DNA from: Desulfurella sp. | Lineage (GTDB): Bacteria > Campylobacterota_A > Desulfurellia > Desulfurellales > Desulfurellaceae | Direction: 5' to 3' | Assembly (NCBI GenBank): GCA_031960885.1 | Contig: JAVRLY010000007.1 | Span: 1 to 33,897, forward strand | Length of the DNA stretch: 33,897 nucleotides | Part shown: positions 30,839 through 33,897 of the stretch, piece after piece | Numbering within the stretch: the first letter of the stretch is position 1 | Layout of the letters: every line of letters begins with the position of its first letter | Notes under the pieces: generated by a model | What the model saw: the letters and a program-made list of their open reading frames with translations, nothing else | Database searches by the model: none | Told to the model about the DNA's origin: nothing | Made by a program: the position numbers and the translations under genes

Positions 30839-31270
30839 TTAATAATCTTCAACTTCAACGCCCATATTTACAGCTGTTCCAGCTATTATTTTCATAGCTT
30901 TTTCAACTTCTTTCGTATTTAAATCGGGCATTTTAATTTTTGCGATTTCTTCCAATTTTTCTTTACTTAATTTGCCTACTTTTATTTTAAGTGCATTACT
31001 TGAACCTTTTTGCAATGATAGCGCCTTTTTGATTAAAACACTTGCTGGAGGCGTTTTTAATATAAAATCAAAGCTTCTGTCTTTGTATACATTTATAAGC
31101 ACAGGTATTATTGTATCACCTTTATCTGCTGTTGCATCGTTAAATTTTTTAACAAAATCCATTATGTTGAGCCCATGTTGTCCAAGCGCGGGACCAACTG
31201 GTGGCGCTGGCGTTGCTTTGCCAGCTGGCAATTGCAGCTTAACCTGTGTAACTAGTTCTTTTTTTGCCAT
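30839..31270 (-). CDS. rplK: 50S ribosomal protein L11
   Basis: [20 protein letters not shown] and KMPDLN. Confidence 0.98.
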   Translation of the reverse strand: MAKKELVTQVKLQLPAGKATPAPPVGPALGQHGLNIMDFVKKFNDATADKGDTIIPVLINVYKDRSFDFILKTPPASVLIKKALSLQKGSSNALKIKVGKLSKEKLEEIAKIKMPDLNTKEVEKAMKIIAGTAVNMGVEVEDY

Positions 31271-31284
31271 ATTTTTCTCCTTAT

Positions 31285-31827
31285 CTATGCTTTCTCTACT
31301 TCATTGTAATCTAACTCTACTGGTGTAGATCTACCAAAAATACTAATCAATATTTTAAGCCTACCTTTCGCAACATCTACTTCTTCAATAGTGCCAACAA
31401 AATTCGAAAAAGGACCTTCTATGACTCTTACCTTTTCTCCATGCTCAAAAGATATTGATAAACGTGGTGTTTCTTTTGCTTGTTTTATTTTATCAACAAT
31501 TTTCTTTACTTCTAAATCGTCTATAGGAATAGGCTCACTTTTAGAACCCACAAAACCAGTAATGAGCGGTAATCTTTTCAAAGTATTGTACAAATTTACA
31601 TTCATTTTTGACTTGATAAACACATAACTAGGATACATACATTTTTTTACAAGTTCTTTTTTACCTTTTTTAACTTCTATGACTTCTTCTTGAGGCACCA
31701 AAATCTCTGCTATATCTTCCTTTAAGCCAGCTTCCTCTACTTTGCTTAATATCATGTTTTTTACTTTTTCTTCTTGCCCCACTTGTGTATGTATAACGTA
31801 CCATTTAAACTCTTGATTTTCAAACAT
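31285..31827 (-). CDS. nusG: Transcription elongation factor NusG
   Basis: WYVIHT..G.E, YPSYV, KOW motif [14 protein letters not shown] and IFGR.TPVEL. Confidence 0.98.
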   Translation of the reverse strand: MFENQEFKWYVIHTQVGQEEKVKNMILSKVEEAGLKEDIAEILVPQEEVIEVKKGKKELVKKCMYPSYVFIKSKMNVNLYNTLKRLPLITGFVGSKSEPIPIDDLEVKKIVDKIKQAKETPRLSISFEHGEKVRVIEGPFSNFVGTIEEVDVAKGRLKILISIFGRSTPVELDYNEVEKA

Positions 31828-31840
31828 TTACCACCAAACT

Positions 31841-32026
31841 TTACTTAAATAATTTTTCTAAACCATATGAAAATATAAAATCCAACAATCCAAGTAATAT
31901 TGATACTACAAAAGAAAAAACTACAACAGCGATTGTTGCCGTCATAATTTCTCTTCTTTTTGGCCAAACTACCTTTTTAATCTCAACCTTAACTTCTTCT
32001 AAAAAACTTTTTACTTTTTCAAACAT
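31841..32026 (-). CDS. secE: Preprotein translocase SecE (single transmembrane segment)
   Basis: F..EVKVEIKKVVWP followed by one hydrophobic helix; lies upstream of nusG. Confidence 0.96.
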   Translation of the reverse strand: MFEKVKSFLEEVKVEIKKVVWPKRREIMTATIAVVVFSFVVSILLGLLDFIFSYGLEKLFK

Positions 32027-32036
32027 AAATTATATT

Positions 32037-32113
32037 TGGCAGGCCAGGAGGGATTCGAACCCCCAACATGCGGTTTTGGAGACCGCCGCTCTACCAATTG
32101 GAGCTACTGACCT
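32037..32113 (-). tRNA. tRNA-Trp (CCA)
   Basis: Cloverleaf with AGGTCAG/CTGGCCT acceptor stem, anticodon loop CT-CCA-AA, TTCGAAT T-loop, G73 and an encoded CCA end. Confidence 0.97.
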
Positions 32114-32261
32114 ATTTTACCTCTTTGTGTATAGTGTGCGTATTGCAATGCGGGCAATACTTCCTTAACTCCAACTTATCCTTAGATTTTTTCTTATCTC
32201 TTGTACTTGTATAGTTTTTATTTTTGCATTGACTGCAAGCAAGATACACTAACTCTCTCAT
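32112..32261 (-). CDS. rpmG: 50S ribosomal protein L33 (zinc ribbon form)
   Basis: Not in the ORF track. Hand translation: MRELVYLACSQCKNKNYTSTRDKKKSKDKLELRKYCPHCNTHTIHKEVK*. Confidence 0.96.
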   Translation of the reverse strand: MRELVYLACSQCKNKNYTSTRDKKKSKDKLELRKYCPHCNTHTIHKEVK

Positions 32262-32266
32262 ACTAG

Positions 32267-33479
32267 CCTCACTTAATTATCTCAATTACTACACCAGCAC
32301 CAACAGTCTTGCCACCTTCTCTTATAGCAAATCTAGTTTCTTTTTCAAGTGCTATAGGGGCAATTAATTCTACTTCCATTTCTACATTATCACCAGGCAT
32401 TACCATTTCTACGCCTTCTTTGAGTTGAACCGTGCCCGTTACATCTGTGGTTCTTACATAGAATTGTGGTCTGTAGCCATTAAAAAATGGTGTATGCCTA
32501 CCGCCTTCCTCTTTTGTTAGAATGTATACTTGGGCTTTAAATTTAGTATGCGGTGTAATTGAGCCTGGTTTTGCAAGAACCATACCGCGCTCTACTTCTT
32601 CTTTTTTTGTGCCTCTAAGTAATACACCTACGTTATCTCCAGGCAAAGCTTCGTCAAGTATTTTTCTAAACATCTCTAAAGAGGTTGCAACGGTTTTTTG
32701 TGTAGGTTTCAGACCTACTATCTCTATTTCATCGCCTGTTTTTATTACACCACGCTCTACCCTACCTGTTACAACAGTACCACGACCAGATATTGTGAAT
32801 ATATCTTCAATTGGCATTAAGAATGGTTTATCTGCATCACGCTCTGGTGTTGGTATGTATTCATCTACTGCATTCATCAAATCTTCTATTGCTTTAGTCC
32901 ATTCATTGTCTGAATCAGATTCCAATGCTTTTAGGGCACTTCCTCTGATAACTGGTACATCATCGCCTGGGAAACTGTATTTGGTAAGTAAATCCCTTAC
33001 TTCCATTTCAACTAAGTCAATGAGTTCTGGGTCATCAACCATATCTGTTTTATTCAAAAATACTACAATGTATGGCACACCAACTTGACGAGCAAGCAAG
33101 ATGTGTTCTCTTGTTTGTGGCATCGGACCATCTGCTGCTGAAACAACAAGTATTGCACCGTCCATTTGAGCTGCACCTGTGATCATGTTTTTGATGTAGT
33201 CAGCATGACCTGGGCAGTCAACGTGGGCATAGTGCCTTTTGGCTGTTTCATACTCAACATGAGAAGTATTTATAGTAACACCCCTTTCTCTTTCTTCTGG
33301 AGCGTTATCTATTTGAGAGTAATCTTTAAATTCAGCAAAACCTTTTTTTGATAAAACTTTTGTTATAGCTGCAGTCAATGTCGTTTTGCCATGATCAACG
33401 TGTCCAATTGTACCAATATTCACATGAGGTTTGGTACGAACATATTTTTCCTTTGCCATAATGGAAACCTCCTAAACTT
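32267..33479. repeat. Direct repeat copy 2 (tuf plus flanks), 1213 bp
   Basis: Matches 16196-17408 at an offset of 16071 bp. Confidence 0.9.
32269..33459 (-). CDS. tuf: Elongation factor Tu (tRNA-operon copy)
   Basis: Translation is identical to that of 16198-17388. Confidence 0.99.
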   Translation of the reverse strand: MAKEKYVRTKPHVNIGTIGHVDHGKTTLTAAITKVLSKKGFAEFKDYSQIDNAPEERERGVTINTSHVEYETAKRHYAHVDCPGHADYIKNMITGAAQMDGAILVVSAADGPMPQTREHILLARQVGVPYIVVFLNKTDMVDDPELIDLVEMEVRDLLTKYSFPGDDVPVIRGSALKALESDSDNEWTKAIEDLMNAVDEYIPTPERDADKPFLMPIEDIFTISGRGTVVTGRVERGVIKTGDEIEIVGLKPTQKTVATSLEMFRKILDEALPGDNVGVLLRGTKKEEVERGMVLAKPGSITPHTKFKAQVYILTKEEGGRHTPFFNGYRPQFYVRTTDVTGTVQLKEGVEMVMPGDNVEMEVELIAPIALEKETRFAIREGGKTVGAGVVIEIIK

Positions 33480-33481
33480 AA

Positions 33482-33557
<76 letters not shown>

Positions 33558-33572
33558 AATCAATTTTTTATT

Positions 33573-33648
33573 TGGAGCGGGAAACGGGACTCGAACCCGC
33601 GACCCCAAGCTTGGAAGGCTTGCGCTCTACCAACTGAGCTATTCCCGC
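33573..33648 (-). tRNA. tRNA-Gly (TCC)
   Basis: GCGGGAA/TTCCCGC acceptor stem, loop CT-TCC-AA and an encoded CCA end. Confidence 0.97.
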
Positions 33649-33664
33649 TTATTTTTGTCAAAAA

Positions 33665-33750
33665 TGGTGGAGAGGGGAGGATTCGAACCTCCGAAGGCAA
33701 TAGCCGACAGATTTACAGTCTGTTCCCTTTGGCCACTCGGGAACCTCTCC
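33665..33750 (-). tRNA. tRNA-Tyr (GTA)
   Basis: GGAGAGG/CCTCTCC acceptor stem, loop CT-GTA-AA, long variable arm and an encoded CCA end. Confidence 0.97.
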
Positions 33751-33763
33751 ATTGTGATTCATA

Positions 33764-33838
33764 TGGAGCTGGCGAAGGGACTTGAACCCCCAACCTGCTG
33801 ATTACAAGTCAGCTGCTCTACCATTGAGCTACGCCAGC
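33764..33838 (-). tRNA. tRNA-Thr (TGT)
   Basis: GCTGGCG/CGCCAGC acceptor stem, loop CT-TGT-AA and an encoded CCA end. Confidence 0.97.
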
Positions 33839-33850
33839 AAGCAAAAGACG

Positions 33851-33878
33851 ATTATACATATATTTTAAAAATTGTCAA
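33851..33878 (-). promoter_or_regulatory. Consensus sigma70 promoter at the head of the supercluster
   Basis: TTGACA (33878-33873), 16-nt spacer, TATAAT (33856-33851), with an AT-rich tract upstream; 12 nt before tRNA-Thr. Confidence 0.88.
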
Positions 33879-33897
33879 ACATAGTTTAAAAAAAGTT

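Noticed and set aside
1888..31627. The many other short plus-strand ORFs in the track
   Set aside because: All lie antisense to unambiguous conserved genes, have Ser/Ile/Phe/Pro-rich shadow composition, and show no independent expression signals.
32029..32034. Perfect TATAAT upstream of secE
   Set aside because: It is only 2 nt from the ATG and has no credible -35 at 16-18 nt; likely chance in AT-rich DNA.

Overview
AT-rich bacterial housekeeping window. Almost all of it (1061-33878) is one uninterrupted minus-strand translation/transcription supercluster: promoter, tRNA-Thr/Tyr/Gly/Thr, tuf, rpmG, tRNA-Trp, secE, nusG, rplKAJL, rpoB, rpoC, rpsL, rpsG, fusA, tuf, the S10 cluster, the spc cluster, secY, adk, map, infA, rpmJ, the alpha cluster and an appended lspA. 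It ends convergently against purC on the plus strand. Three small genes missing from the ORF track (rpmJ, rpmD, rpmG) and five tRNAs were read by hand. Protein signatures suggest a deep-branching Campylobacterota-like organism such as Desulfurellales (inference only). I found no mobile element, CRISPR array, defence system or unknown ORF, and I cannot support a claim of a new multi-gene system. The most interesting signals are small: the rpmG stop codon overlaps the first two nucleotides of tRNA-Trp; the two tuf copies look identical, with identity extending into the end of fusA; an internal promoter with nested dyads is embedded in the rpoC end; there is an unexplained hairpin between rpsJ and rplC; and RpoC carries a trigger-loop insertion of about 357 aa.
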